From an uncultured Actinomycetota bacterium (GTDB taxonomy: Bacteria; Actinomycetota; Actinomycetes; Actinomycetales; CAWJMD01): a stretch of 64,000 nt of DNA. The number at the start of each line of letters is the position of its first letter. Position 1 is the first letter of the stretch. This document shows, in pieces, positions 25,027 through 37,510 of this stretch. Where the stretch lies: positions 113,058 to 177,057 of the forward strand of contig CAVVQA010000010.1 in assembly GCA_963750285.1 (NCBI GenBank). The letters run 5' to 3'. The position numbers and the translations under genes were made by a program. The notes beneath the pieces were generated by a model that ran no database searches, was not told the DNA's origin, and saw only the letters and a list, made by a program, of their open reading frames with translations.

Positions 25027-25193
25027 GCATACCTCATCGGTATCTGGCGGGGCCTCACGCACACTCGTCCGGACGTGACCGGGGTCGAGAGCGGGCCGCT
25101 CCGCATCGGTCGGTAGCCGGACGCTTCCCACGACCGGTCAACCGTTGAACGGTGCCAGTGTAGCCCGGTGCCGTCGTCGCTAGGGTTCGGCAG

Positions 25194-25859
25194 GTGAGCG
25201 AGCAGACCCCGGACCCGTCCGTCACCGACCTGCTGGGGGTGCTCGCCTACGGCGCGCTCACCGCCTTCGTCCGGGTCGCGGAGGACGCCGAGCTGGCGCC
25301 GACGGTGCGCGACAAGGCCCGGCTCGGGCGCATCGCCGTCACCGAGTTCGCGCACTTCGAGACCCTCGTGGCACGGCTGAAGGAGATCGGCGCCGACCCC
25401 GAGGAGGCGATGGCGCCGTTCGTCCACGCGGTCGACGCCTTCCACGCCCGCACCGCCCCGGCCGACTGGCTGGAGGGCCTGGTGAAGGCCTACGTCGGTG
25501 AGGGGATGTCGACCGACTTCTACCGCGAGGTCGCGCAGTACGTCGACGCCGGCACCCGCGACCTCGTGCACGAGGTGCTCGACGACACCGGCCACGCGGA
25601 CTTCGTGGAGCGGGCCGTGACCGCCGCGATCGAGCGCGACCCGCGGGTGGCGGGCCGGCTCGCGCTGTGGGGACGCCGGCTCGTCGGCGAGGCGCTCAGC
25701 CAGGCCCAGCGGGTCGCGGCCGACCGCGACGCGCTCGCCGACCTGCTCGTGCGCGGCGAGGGCGGCGGCGGGGCCGACCTGCTCGAGATCGGACGGATGT
25801 TCAGCCGGCTCACCGAGGCGCACACCGCGCGGATGGCCCGCCTGGGGCTCACGGCCTGA
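25194..25859 (+). CDS. Ferritin-like domain protein
   Basis: 221 aa helical protein with spaced E/H residues, typical of ferritin-like-fold proteins found in this conserved neighbourhood. Confidence 0.55.
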   Translation: MSEQTPDPSVTDLLGVLAYGALTAFVRVAEDAELAPTVRDKARLGRIAVTEFAHFETLVARLKEIGADPEEAMAPFVHAVDAFHARTAPADWLEGLVKAYVGEGMSTDFYREVAQYVDAGTRDLVHEVLDDTGHADFVERAVTAAIERDPRVAGRLALWGRRLVGEALSQAQRVAADRDALADLLVRGEGGGGADLLEIGRMFSRLTEAHTARMARLGLTA

Positions 25860-25869
25860 GAGGCGCGCC

Positions 25870-26295
25870 GTGGACCTGGTCGTGCCGAGCGGTCCGGGGC
25901 TGTCGGACGGGCTGGTGGTGCCCGGGTCCGACCTGGTGGAGCGGTTCTCCCGCTCGTCCGGACCCGGCGGGCAGTCGGTGAACACCGCCGACAGCCGGGT
26001 CGAGCTGGAGCTCGACCTGCGCTCGGTCACGGGGCTGACCGACGCCCAGCGCGAGCGCGCGCTGCGGCGTGCCCCCGACCCGGTGCTGGTCGCCACCGCG
26101 TCCGAGCACCGCGCCCAGCGCCGCAACCGGGTGGCCGCCCGCGACCGGCTGGCCGAGCGCCTGCGCGAGCTGCTGGCCCCGCCGCCGCCCACCCGTCGCG
26201 CCACCCGGCCCACGCGCGGCTCCACCGAGCGCCGGCTCGACGCCAAGCGGCGCCGCGGCCAGGACAAGCGGCTGCGCGGCTCCGTCGACGAGTGA
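25870..26295 (+). CDS. arfB: Alternative ribosome-rescue factor ArfB (peptidyl-tRNA hydrolase with RF-1 GGQ domain)
   Basis: [17 protein letters not shown] plus a basic C-terminal tail (RRLDAKRRRGQDKRLRG). Confidence 0.85.
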   Translation: MDLVVPSGPGLSDGLVVPGSDLVERFSRSSGPGGQSVNTADSRVELELDLRSVTGLTDAQRERALRRAPDPVLVATASEHRAQRRNRVAARDRLAERLRELLAPPPPTRRATRPTRGSTERRLDAKRRRGQDKRLRGSVDE

Positions 26296-26374
26296 GGCCC
26301 GAGACGACTGACCGCCCGGACGACTGACGGCCGCGCCCCCCGTGGGGGTCGCGGCCGTCAGGGTCGTGAGGGTG

Positions 26375-26661
26375 TCAGCGGATGGAGCGACGCCCCGCGG
26401 TGCCCGCGTACACGGAGACCAGGATCGCCGCGACCACGATCGAGATGATCCAGCGGATCCAGTCGATGCCGCCGGTCGTGCTGTCGATCGTGAAGCCGTC
26501 ACCGCTGATGAGGCCCCAGAGGAAGTAGCCGATCAGCGCCCCGATGATGCCGAGGACGATCGTCATGACGATGCTGATGTTCTGCTTTCCGGGGAGCACC
26601 AGCCGTGCCAGCGCCCCGATGACCGCCCCGAAGATGATGGTGCCGATGATGGTGCCCACTG
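26375..26661 (-). CDS. GlsB/YeaQ/YmgE-family small membrane protein
   Basis: GTIIGTIIFGAVIGALARLVLPG...IIGALIGYFLWG. Confidence 0.65.
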
Positions 26662-26790
26662 CGCATCCCTTCTCGCGGGAGGATGATCCCCCGCTGGCGA
26701 ATGGACCCGACGCGGGTGTCGTGGTCCGTGGCTCGTGCGGTGGAACGTTCCCACCGCCGGTGGCCGCGCGCATCTCGACGCGCGGGACGG

Positions 26791-27012
26791 TCAGGAGCCG
26801 AAGCCGACCCGGCGCGACTCCTCGACGCCGATCTCGACGTAGGCGATGGACGCGGACGGGACCACCAGGACCCGGCCCTTGTCGTCGGTGAGCTCCAGCG
26901 TCGGGGAGCCCCCCACGGCCGCCGCGACGGCGGCCTGGACCTCGGCGGCGGACTGGCTGGACTCCAGCACCAGCTCGCGGGTCACGTGCTGGACCCCGAT
27001 CTTGACCTCCAC
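26791..27012 (-). CDS. DUF3107 domain protein
   Basis: MEVKIGVQHVTRELVLESSQSAAEVQAAV...VEIGVEE. Confidence 0.7.
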   Translation of the reverse strand: MEVKIGVQHVTRELVLESSQSAAEVQAAVAAAVGGSPTLELTDDKGRVLVVPSASIAYVEIGVEESRRVGFGS

Positions 27013-27097
27013 GGCACTTCCTTCCGGTTCGTCTGCGATGCGTTCGTCGTGCGATGCGCTCGTCGTGCGATGCTCTCGTCCGGTCCAACGTCGGACG

Positions 27098-27765
27098 TCA
27101 GCCCTGCTGTTCCTCGTCCCGACCCGTCCGGGGGAACGCCCTGATGCCGCGCCAGCCGAGCTGGGCGATCAGGGCGGCGGCCTGCTCGCGCGGGATCCGG
27201 CGCTCGCCCTGCAGCCAGGCGCGCGCGCTCACCTGGGCCATGCCGGTGAGGGCCACCCCGAGCAGCTCGGCCTCGGCGCGGTCGAGACCGGCGTCCTCGG
27301 TGATGATGTCGGCGATGGCCTCGGACACGGTGCGCTCGACCAGGTCCACCCGGTCGCGCACGAGCCGGTCGTTGGTGAGGTCGGACTCGAAGACGAGCCG
27401 GAACGCGGCGTCGTCGCGGTCGACGAACTCGTAGTAGGCGTTGATCGCCGCGGCCACGCGGTCCTTGTTGTCGTCGTGCGACTGCATCGCCGCGCGCACG
27501 CTCTGCACCAGCTCGCCGTTGTGCAGGTCGAGGATCGCCAGGTACAGCTCGAGCTTGCCGGGGAAGTGCTGGTAGAGCACGGGCTTGCTCACGCCGGCGC
27601 GGTCGGCGATGTCGTCCATGGCCGCCGCGTGGTAGCCGTTCTCGACGAAGACCTCCTGCGCGGCGAGCAGCAGCTGGGCGCGGCGGGCGCTGCGCGGCAG
27701 CCGCGCGGAGCGGGACCGCGCGTCCTGCGTGCTGGGCTGGGCCGGCATGGTCCGAACCATACCCA
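27098..27765 (-). CDS. TetR-family transcriptional regulator
   Basis: HTH region VFVENGYHAAAMDDIADRAGVSKPVLYQHFPGK. Confidence 0.8.
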
Positions 27766-27842
27766 TCGGTAGCCGGCCCGCAGGCCGACGGGGCCGCACG
27801 TCGCTGCGGCGTCCGCCGGGGTGCCCGTGCCATGCTCGGCGC

Positions 27843-28637
27843 GTGAGGGGACGGAGGGGGTCGGCCGCGCCGGCGGCGGCGCTCCTGGTGGCCGTCGCCG
27901 CGGCTCTCGCCGCGTGCGGACCGGCGTCCGGAGGCTCCCCGACCTCCGCCGCGGTCACCTCCACGCCCACGGGCCCGCTCGGTGACGGCGCCACGTCGGC
28001 AGCGGCCCCGCCGGCGACCACCGCCGCGCCGACCACGACCGCCGCCCCCACGACGACAGCGCCCGCCGAGCCGACCCCCGACCAGCTCGCGGGCCTGCTC
28101 TCGCACGAGGTCCCCGACTCCGGCGACGGAGAGCCGGTGGTCGTGCCCGGCAGCGCACCCGCCCCCGGACCCGGCACCGACGAGATCACCGTCGCCGTGG
28201 CGGTCGAGGGCGGCGTCCCCGCGGACGGCGAGGCGTTCGCGGCCTTCGTCCTCACCACCCTGAACGACCCGCGCAGCTGGCCGCACGAGGGGTACACCTT
28301 CGCCCGCACCGACGACGGCGACGCCGCCGACGTCACGGTCGTGCTCGCCAGCCCGGCGCTCACCGACCGCCTGTGCAAGCCGCTGGTCACCTACGGAAAG
28401 CTGTCCTGCCGCAACGGGAACCGCTCCGTGCTCACCTTCTACCGGTGGGTGAACGGCATCCAGGAGTACGCCGACGACCTCACCGCGTACCGCCGCTACC
28501 TGGTGAACCACGAGGTCGGCCACTTCCTCGGCAAGGGCCACGTCTCGTGCCCCGGCAGCGGCGCGCTCGCGCCGGTGATGATGCAGCAGACGAAGGGTCT
28601 GGACGGCTGCGCCGTGAACTCCTGGCCGTACCCGTGA
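27843..28637 (+). CDS. DUF3152 lipoprotein (zincin-like, HEVGH motif)
   Basis: A GTG start gives a lipobox LAAC. The protein has a Thr/Pro/Ala-rich linker and a C-terminal YLVNHEVGHFLGKGH. Confidence 0.6.
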   Translation: MRGRRGSAAPAAALLVAVAAALAACGPASGGSPTSAAVTSTPTGPLGDGATSAAAPPATTAAPTTTAAPTTTAPAEPTPDQLAGLLSHEVPDSGDGEPVVVPGSAPAPGPGTDEITVAVAVEGGVPADGEAFAAFVLTTLNDPRSWPHEGYTFARTDDGDAADVTVVLASPALTDRLCKPLVTYGKLSCRNGNRSVLTFYRWVNGIQEYADDLTAYRRYLVNHEVGHFLGKGHVSCPGSGALAPVMMQQTKGLDGCAVNSWPYP

Positions 28638-28647
28638 GGGTGCGCCC

Positions 28648-28953
28648 GTGAGGATCCCGAGCGAGCTCGCCGAGGCGGTGCTCGACCTGGTGGAGCAGAT
28701 CCCGCCGGGGCACGTGCTCACCTACGGCGACGTCGCGGAGCTCGTGGGCCGCGGCGGCCCGCGCGGCGTCGGTTCGGTGATGGCGGCCTACGGGTCGGAC
28801 GTCCCGTGGTGGCGGGTGCTGCGGGCCGGGGGCCTGCCGCCGCAGGGGCACGAGGCGGAGGCGCTGCGCCGCTACCGGGCCGAGCGCACCCCGCTGCGCC
28901 CGGACGGTCTGCGGGTCGACCTGACCCGCGCTCGCTGGGACGGCGGCTCCTAG
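28648..28953 (+). CDS. MGMT-family DNA-binding protein (alkyltransferase-like, lacks catalytic Cys context)
   Basis: IPPGHVLTYGDVAELVG...VPWWRVL is the DNA_binding_1 domain. Confidence 0.7.
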   Translation: MRIPSELAEAVLDLVEQIPPGHVLTYGDVAELVGRGGPRGVGSVMAAYGSDVPWWRVLRAGGLPPQGHEAEALRRYRAERTPLRPDGLRVDLTRARWDGGS

Positions 28954-28988
28954 GAGGCGCTGTCGGGGCGCTGTGGTGGGATCGGTCC

Positions 28989-31900
28989 GTGCCGTCCTCC
29001 ACCCCGCCGCTGCGCCTCGTGCGTCGCCCGGCGGGTGCCGTGGAGCCGCCGGAGCTCGACGCCGTCCAGGCCGAGGTCGTGGCCCGGCGCGCAGGCAGCG
29101 GTCCGCTGGTGCTGGTGGGTGCGCCCGGCACCGGCAAGACCACGACGCTGGTCGAGTCCGTGGTGGCGCGGGTCGCCCGCGACGGGCTCGACCCCTCGAA
29201 CGTGCTGGTGCTGGCGCCGTCCCGCGTCGCCGCAGCCGTGCTGCGCGAGCGCGTCACCGCCCGGCTGGCGCAGGTCGGGCCGCTCGCGGTCGGCGAGCCG
29301 CTCGCCCGCACCCCGGCCTCGTACGCCTTCGGGCTGATCCGCCGCGCCGCGGTGCTCGCGGGCGAGCCCAGCCCGCGGCTGATCTCCGGGCCGGAGCAGG
29401 ACACCGTGCTGCGCGAGCTGGTCGAGGGCCACCTCGCGGGCGAGGGCGCCGTGCCCGACTGGCCCGAGCAGATCCGACCTGCGTTGCGGCTCAGCGGGTT
29501 ACGGGCCGAGCTGCGCGAGCTGCTCATGCGCGCGCTGGAGCGCGGGCTCGACCCCGAGGACCTCGCCCGGATGGGGCGCGAGCGCGGGCGGCAGGAGTGG
29601 GTGGCCGCGGCCGAGGTGATGCGCGAGTACCTCGACGTCACGGCGCTGCGCACGCCGGGCGCGTTCGACCCCGCCGGCATCGTCGACGAGGCGGCGTCGC
29701 TGCTGGCCGGCGACGCCGACCTGCTCGCCGCGGAGCGCTCACGGTGGCGGCTGGTCGCCGTCGACGACCACCACGAGTCGGTGGAGGCGACCTCGCGCCT
29801 GCTCGACCAGCTCTGCGGGACGGGCTCGGACCTGCTCGTCACCGGCGACCCCGACGCCACCACCGGCTCGTTCCGCGGCGCCGACCCGGCGGCGCTCACC
29901 CTCGCCGCGGACCGCCACCCGCAGCGCGACGGGGCGCCCGCGCCGGTGCGCGTGCTGCCCACCCGCTGGCGGTCCGGACCCGCGACGACCGTCGTGTCGC
30001 AACGGGTCGCGGCGTCGATCGGCGGGTCGGGCGGCGAGGTGGTGGCCCGGCGCGGCGCGGCCCCGGGCCGCGAGCGCGACGCCGTCGAGGTGAAGGTGCT
30101 CGGCTCCGCGAACGCCCAGTCGGCCTACGTCGCCGGGCTGCTGCGCCGGGCGCACGTCACCGAGGGCGTGCCGTGGGGCGAGATGGCGGTGCTCGTGCGC
30201 AGCGGCGGCCGCACCGTCGGGCTGCGCCGGGCGCTGTCCGCCGCCGGGGTGCCCGTGGGGGCGGCCACCGCCGAGGCGCCGGTGCGCGACGAGCCCGCCG
30301 TGCGCCCGCTGCTGCTCGCCGTCCAGGCCTGCCTGCGGCCCGAGCTGCTCGACGCCGCCGCCGCGGCCGACCTCATCACCTCGCCCGTCGGCGGGGCCGA
30401 CGCCCTCGGGCTGCGCCGGCTGCGCCAGGACCTGCTCGCCGCCGAGCGCGCGGCCGGGGGAGCGCGAGCCAGCGACGCCCTGCTCGTCGACGCCCTCCTC
30501 GACCCCACCGAGGCCGTGCGCGGGCGCGGCGGGCCGGAGCCGCTGCAGCGCGCCGCGGCCACCCTCGCCGCCGGGCGTGCGGTGGTCGCGGCGTCGACCG
30601 CCGCGTCCGGCCCGTCGGCCGAGGAGCTGCTCTGGGCGATCTGGTCGGCCTCCGGGCTCGCCGAGCGATGGCGCCGCAGCGCGCTCGCCGGTGGGCGGCG
30701 CGGCCGGCGGTCCGACCGCGACCTCGACGCCGTGGTGGCGCTGTTCGAGGCCGCGGCCCGGTTCGTCGAGCGGCTGCCCGGCTCGGGCGCCGCCGCGTTC
30801 GTCGAGACCCTCGCGCAGCAGGAGGTCCCGGCCGACACCCTCGCCGAGCGGGCGCCGCAGCACGACACCGTCGCGCTGCTCACCCCCCAGGCCGCGGTGG
30901 GCCGCGAGTGGCGGCTGGTCGTGGTCGCCGACGTGCAGGACGGCGTGTGGCCCGACACCCGGCTGCGCGGGTCGGTGCTGGGCGCGCCCGACCTCGTCGA
31001 CGCCGTGGCCGGGATCGACCACGACCCGGGCGCGAGGGTGCGCGCGGCACGGCTCGCGGTGCAGCACGACGAGCTGCGGATGCTGCACGTCGCGGTCACG
31101 CGCGCCACCGAGCGGCTCGTCGTCACGGCCGTGCGCGACGCCGACGAGGTGCCGTCGCCCTACCTCGACCTGGTCGACCCCCTGCCCGACGGCGTCGACG
31201 AGCGGCCGACGTCGCGGGTGCCGAGGCCAACCACCCTGCGAGCCGTGGTGTCCGACCTGAGATCCCGCCTGCTGCAAGCGATCTCGTCCGGGAACGACGC
31301 CCTCGTCGGAGAGCTCGCGGCGCTGCTGGCCCGGCTGGCGGAGGAGGACGTGCCGGGTGCCGACCCCGGCCAGTGGTACGGCACGGCGCCGCTGTCCGAC
31401 GACCGCCCGCTGCAGCCCGAGGGCGTCCCGGTCACCGTGTCGCCGTCCGCGATCGAGAAGTTCGAGGGCTGCGCCCTGCGGTGGCTGCTGGAGACCAGCG
31501 GCGGACGCGACGGCTCCGCGGGCACGGCGGCGGGCATCGGCTCGCTGCTGCACGACCTCGCCCACGAGCTCGCGCCGCGCGCCGCCGAGCTGGACGGCGT
31601 CGCGCTCCAGGCCGAGCTCGAGCGCGAGCTCGAGCGGCGCTGGCCGTCGCTCGGTCTGGAGGGGTGGGTGGGCCGCAAGGAGCAGGCCCGGGCGCGGGCG
31701 ATGGTGCGGCTGCTCACGGGGTACCTGCAGCAGGGTGCGCCGGGGCTGGTGGGCACCGAGCTCGACGTGCGGGTCGAGATCGGCCGGGCGGTGCTCACCG
31801 GACGCGTCGACCGGCTCGAGGTCGACTCCTCGGGCCGCCCGGTCGTGGTCGACCTCAAGACCACCAAGTACCCGCCCACCAACGACACCGTGGCCCAGAA

Positions 31901-32248
31901 CGCCCAGCTCGGTGCCTACCAGCTCGCCGTGGAGCACGGTGCCTTCGAGCGGCTCGACGCCGTGCGGGAGAACGAGCCCGGCGGTGCCGCGCTGGTGCAC
32001 CTCGGCCACGGTGCCGCGAGCCCGCGGGTCCAGCCGCAGCCGCCGCTGGCGCAGGCCGCCGACCCCGGGTGGGCGGCCGCGATGGTGGCGCGGGCGGCCG
32101 ACGGCATGGCCGCCGCGGCGTTCCCCGCCCGGGTGAGCGCCGACTGCGACCGGTGCCCGGTGCGGTCGTCGTGCCCGGCCCAGCCCGAGGGCGGCCGGCT
32201 CGAGCCGCCGGGAGCGAAGCGCGGGAGACGAGTCGTGAGCACGCCTGA
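28989..32248 (+). CDS. adnA: Helicase-nuclease subunit AdnA/AddB-like (UvrD-like motor domain plus C-terminal nuclease domain carrying a Cx2Cx5C cluster)
   Basis: Walker A VLVGAPGTGKTTT, a RecB-type nuclease region, and the Cys cluster FEGCALRW...SADCDRCPVRSSC. The 3' boundary is uncertain: the track fuses it in-frame with the next gene (ORF 28806-34163), and an alternative frame stops at 32248. Confidence 0.7.
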
Positions 32249-35200
32249 CGGCGGTCGAGGTCGCCGCAGCTGCTCGGGCTGCCGGCGCCCACGCGACGAG
32301 CAGGCCCAGGTCGTCGAGGCGCCGCTCGGCCCGCAGCTGGTCGTGGCCGGGGCGGGCTCGGGCAAGACCGAGACGATGGCGGCCCGGGTGGTGTGGCTGG
32401 TGGCCAACGACCTCGTCGCGCCCGACGCCGTGCTCGGGCTCACCTTCACCCGCAAGGCCGCGGGCGAGCTCGCGGAGCGGGTCACCCGCCGGCTCCGGAC
32501 GCTGCGGCGGGTGCGGCCGGCCCGGGGCGCCGACGGACCGGCGGCGCTCGAGGCGTTCCCGCGGGTCGGCACCTACAACGCGTACGCCGCGTCGCTGGTG
32601 GCCGACCACGGGCTGCGGCTCGGCATCGAGCCCGGCGCGCGGCTGCTGGGCGAGGCGGCCACCTGGCAGGTCGCGCACGACGTCGTGGAGGCCTGGGACG
32701 CCACGGCGCTGGAGTCGCTCGACTACGCGCTCGACACCCTCGTCGGCGCGGTGCTGGCGCTGGCGGGCCAGTGCGCCGAGCACCTGCTCGACCCGGACGA
32801 CGTCGTCGGCCTCGTCGACGCCGTCGAGGGGCGGCTCACCGGCCTGCCCAAGGACGCGAGCGGCGGTGCCGCGGTGGGACCCACGGCGTCGTCCGACGTC
32901 GGAAAGGCGTTGCGGTCGCTGCGTACCCGGCGTGCCCTGGTCCCGCTGCTGCACGCGTACGCCGCCCGCAAGCGCGACCTCGGGGTGCTCGACTTCGGCG
33001 ACCAGGTGGCGATCGCGGCGCGGCTGGCCGCGCTGCCCGAGGTCGCGGCGGCCGAGCGCGCCCAGTACGGCGTGGTGCTGCTCGACGAGTACCAGGACAC
33101 CTCGCACGCCCAGCTCGAGCTGCTGTCGCGGCTGTTCGGCGACGGCCACGCCGTCACCGCGGTCGGCGACCCGCACCAGTCGATCTACGGCTGGCGCGGT
33201 GCCAGCGCCGGCAACCTCGACGCCTTCCGCGACACCTTCCGCGACCCCGCCGGCGCCACCGCCCGGGTCGACGGGCTGTCCACCTCGTGGCGCAACCCGC
33301 GGGTGGTGCTCGACCTCGCCAACGCGCTCGCCGCAGCCGCTCGTCGAGCGCGGCGGCGTGCCCGGTGCGCGCGCTGCGCCCGCGCGACGACGCGCCGGAC
33401 GGCACGGTGCGGGTCGCCTGGCACGCCACCGTCGACGACGAGGTGGCCGACCTCGCCGACGAGGTGGCGCGGCTGCGGGCGGGCGAGGGCCACCCGACGG
33501 TCGCCGTGCTGTGCCGGCAGCGGGCCCAGTTCCCCGCCGTCGAGAAGGCGCTGCGCGAGCGCGGGGTGCCGGTCGAGGTCGTGGGCCTCGGCGGGCTGCT
33601 GCACCGCCCCGAGGTCGCCGACGTCGTCGCCACGCTGCGCGTGCTGCACGACCCGCTGCGTGGCGACGCGCTGGTGCGGCTGCTCACCGGTCCGCGCTGG
33701 AACCTCGGCCCCCGCGACCTGGTCGCGCTCGGGGCGTGGGCGCGGCACCTGGCCCGGCCGCCGCGCCGGCGGCCGACGCACCCGCCGCCGAGGCCGACGC
33801 CGTGCACGACCCCGACGCCGTCGACGAGGCCTCGGTCGTCGCCGCGCTCGACGACCTGCCGCCCCGCGGGCTGGACCAGCTCGGCCGGCCACGGGCTGTC
33901 CGAGCCGGCGCGGCACCGGCTCGAGCGGCTCGCGCGCGAGCTGGCCCGGCTGCGCGCCTCCACCGACCTGTCGCTGCCCGAGCTGGTGCTGGAGGTCGAG
34001 CGCGCGCTGCTGCTCGACGTCGAGCTCGCGGCCGGGGCGGGCGCGCCGGGCGGCACCGACGCCGTGCTGGCGCGCGCCCAGCTCGACGCCTTCACCGACG
34101 TCGCCGCCCGGTTCCACGACACCTCCGACCGCCCGACCCTGGGCGCGTTCCTGTCCTGGCTGAAGGCGGCCGAGACCCGCGAGCGCGGCCTGGAGCAGGC
34201 CGACGACGTCACCGGCCACGACGCCGACGCCGCGGTCGTCCCCGACGAGGTGCAGGTCAACCCGCACGCCGTGCAGGTGCTCACCGTGCACGCGGCCAAG
34301 GGCCTGGAGTGGGACGTCGTGGCGGTGCCCGGGCTGCTCGAGGAGCGGTTCCCCTCGGGCCGCACCAAGGCCGAGCAGGACACCGCGTCGGGCTGGCTCA
34401 CGCCGATCGGGTCGCTGCCGTACGAGCTGCGCGGCGACGCCGGCTCGCTGCCGTCCTGGCGCTGGCGCTCGGTCGTGCACGTCAAGGACGCCGCCGCGTC
34501 GGTGGAGGAGCACAAGCTGGCCTGCGGCGCCCACGAGGTCGACGAGGAGCGGCGGCTCGCCTACGTCGCGGTGACCCGCGCGCGGCACCGGCTGCTGCTC
34601 AGCGGCGCGTGGTGGAGCACCCGGAAGAAGCCGATGAAGCCGTCCCGGTTCCTCGTCCGCGCGGTCGAGCTGCTGGCCGGTGACCCGCGCGCGGAGCTGG
34701 TCGGGCGCTCGCTGCTCGACCAGGTGCCGGACGGCGAGAACCCGCTCCAGGCCGAGCAGCGGGTGCACCCGTGGCCGGAGCCGGTCACGGCTGCCGGGGC
34801 GCCGCTGGAGGTCGCCGCCGCGGCCGTCCGCGCCGCGGGCGGAGGCCGCACGGCCAGCTGGCGCTGGTGCCGGCGAGCCCGGTGGTGGCCGCGCTCGAGG
34901 ACGAGGTGGACCGTCTGCTCGCCGAGCGGGAGGCGTTGCGGCGCACCGCGTCCGAGGTGGTGCTGCCGTCGCACCTGTCGGCCTCGCGCACCGTCCGGCT
35001 GGCGCGCGACCCCGCCGAGCTGGCGCTGGCCCTGCGCCGGCCGGTGCCCACCGAGCCGCGCGCGCAGACCCGGCTCGGCACGACCTTCCACGAGTGGGTG
35101 GAGCACCACCTGCGCTCGCAGGCGCTGCTCGACCTCGACGACGTCGCGGGCGCCGGCGACGCCGACGAGCCGCCGGCGCCGGGCCTGGAGCCGCTCCAGG

Positions 35201-35577
35201 ACGCGTTCCTGGCCAGCGAGTGGTCGCGGCGCGAGGTCGTCGACGTCGAGGTCGACCTCGAGACCTCGGTCGGCGGCACCGTGCTGCGCGGTCGCATCGA
35301 CGCCGTCGTGCGCGACGACGACGGTCCGGACGGCCGACGCCGCTACGTGGTGGTGGACTGGAAGACCGGCGCGGTGCCGACCGGCGACGACGCCGTGGCG
35401 GCCCAGGTGCAGCTCGCGGTGTACCGGCTCGCGTGGTCGCGGCTGCACGGCGTGCCGCCGCAGGACGTGCGCGCGGCGTTCTTCCACGTGGCGTCGGGCC
35501 GCACGGTGTGGCTCGACGACGGCGAGACCGACCAGGAGCGGCTCGAGCAGGTGCTGGGCTCGCTGCCGACGGCCTGA
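32236..35577 (+). CDS. adnB: UvrD/Rep-type helicase-nuclease subunit AdnB-like, five or more frameshifts
   Basis: LVVAGAGSGKTETMAARV, LLDEYQDTS, VGDPHQSIYGWRGA, and VLTVHAAKGLEWDVV. The C-terminal PD-(D/E)XK domain reads GRIDAVV...YVVVDWKTG (frame 34771-35577). The N-terminus LLGLPAPTDEQAQVV is split between two frames. Confidence 0.75.
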
Positions 35578-35588
35578 GCGGCGAACCG

Positions 35589-36509
35589 CTACAGCGCTTC
35601 CTCGCCGACGTCGGCGTCCAGCTCGCGCAGCATGCCGACCGCGTCGTCGACGACGGTGCGGTCCTCGGTGCGCACCCCGTGCATCAGCCAGCGCGCGAGC
35701 GCCAGCTCGCCGGCCAGCCGGGCGCGGTCGGCCAGGTGCCGGTCAGGCTGCTCGAACCGGGCCACGGCGTACGACTCCAGCACGGCGTCGAGCGCCCGCT
35801 CGTCGGCACCGACGGCCACGAAGGCGAGGTCGTCGGCCGGGTCGGCCACCTTGGCGTCGCCGAAGTCGAGCAGGCCGACCACCTCGTTGTCCTCCACCAG
35901 GACGTGCGCAGGGGCGAGGTCGCCGTGCACCACGGTGGGCTGGAACCGCCACCGGCCGACGTCCTCGAGCGCCTTCTCCCACCGCGTGAGCAGGCCGCGC
36001 GGGACGTGGCCGGTCGCCGCCGCGGCGTCGAGCTCGCCCATCCGGCGGGTGCGGTACTCGTCGGCGCCGTAGGAGGGCAGGCCGGCGTCCTCGACCACCG
36101 ACGGCGGCACCTCGTGCAGCGCGGCGAGGGCGCGGCCGAACGCGGCGGCCAGCCCCGGGCCGGGGCCGAGGTCGCCCGGGTGCAGCGGGTGCCCGGCGAG
36201 GTAGGGGTAGACCATCGCGTGGCCGCCCTCGGGCAGGGCCACGGTGCGGCGCGGGTCGGGCACGGCGAAGGGCAGGTCCTGCTCGCGCATCCGGGCCAGC
36301 AGGGTCAGCTCGGACTCCAGCGCGGCGCCGGCGCTCGGGCGGCGCGGGGCGCGCACGATCCAGTGCCGGTGCTGGGTGTCGGTGACCACGGCGGTGTCGT
36401 AGTCGCCGCCCTCGCCCGCCGTCGGACGGGTGGACACGGGGACGAGGCCGGGCTCCGCGGCGCTGGCGAGCGCGGCGAGGACGAGGGGCGAACGAGGCAC
36501 GACGTCCAC
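35589..36509 (-). CDS. Phosphotransferase (APH/choline-kinase-like) family protein
   Basis: VVHGDLAPAHVLV...GLLDFGDA is the Brenner/APH motif. Confidence 0.75.
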   Translation of the reverse strand: MDVVPRSPLVLAALASAAEPGLVPVSTRPTAGEGGDYDTAVVTDTQHRHWIVRAPRRPSAGAALESELTLLARMREQDLPFAVPDPRRTVALPEGGHAMVYPYLAGHPLHPGDLGPGPGLAAAFGRALAALHEVPPSVVEDAGLPSYGADEYRTRRMGELDAAAATGHVPRGLLTRWEKALEDVGRWRFQPTVVHGDLAPAHVLVEDNEVVGLLDFGDAKVADPADDLAFVAVGADERALDAVLESYAVARFEQPDRHLADRARLAGELALARWLMHGVRTEDRTVVDDAVGMLRELDADVGEEAL

Positions 36510-36570
36510 CGTACGGGCCGGGCCACCGCCCGGCCTGCTGCCCCGCCGGGCGGCCCGTAGGGTGACGAGC

Positions 36571-37505
<935 letters not shown>

Positions 37506-37510
37506 CGGCG

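Noticed and set aside
28806-34163. A single 1785-aa ORF fusing adnA and adnB.
   Set aside because: It contains two complete UvrD-type motor domains and two nuclease regions in series. A second N-terminus (…LLGLPAPTDEQAQVV…LVVAGAGSGKTETMAARV) begins at ~32240, consistent with two genes whose boundary is blurred by indels.
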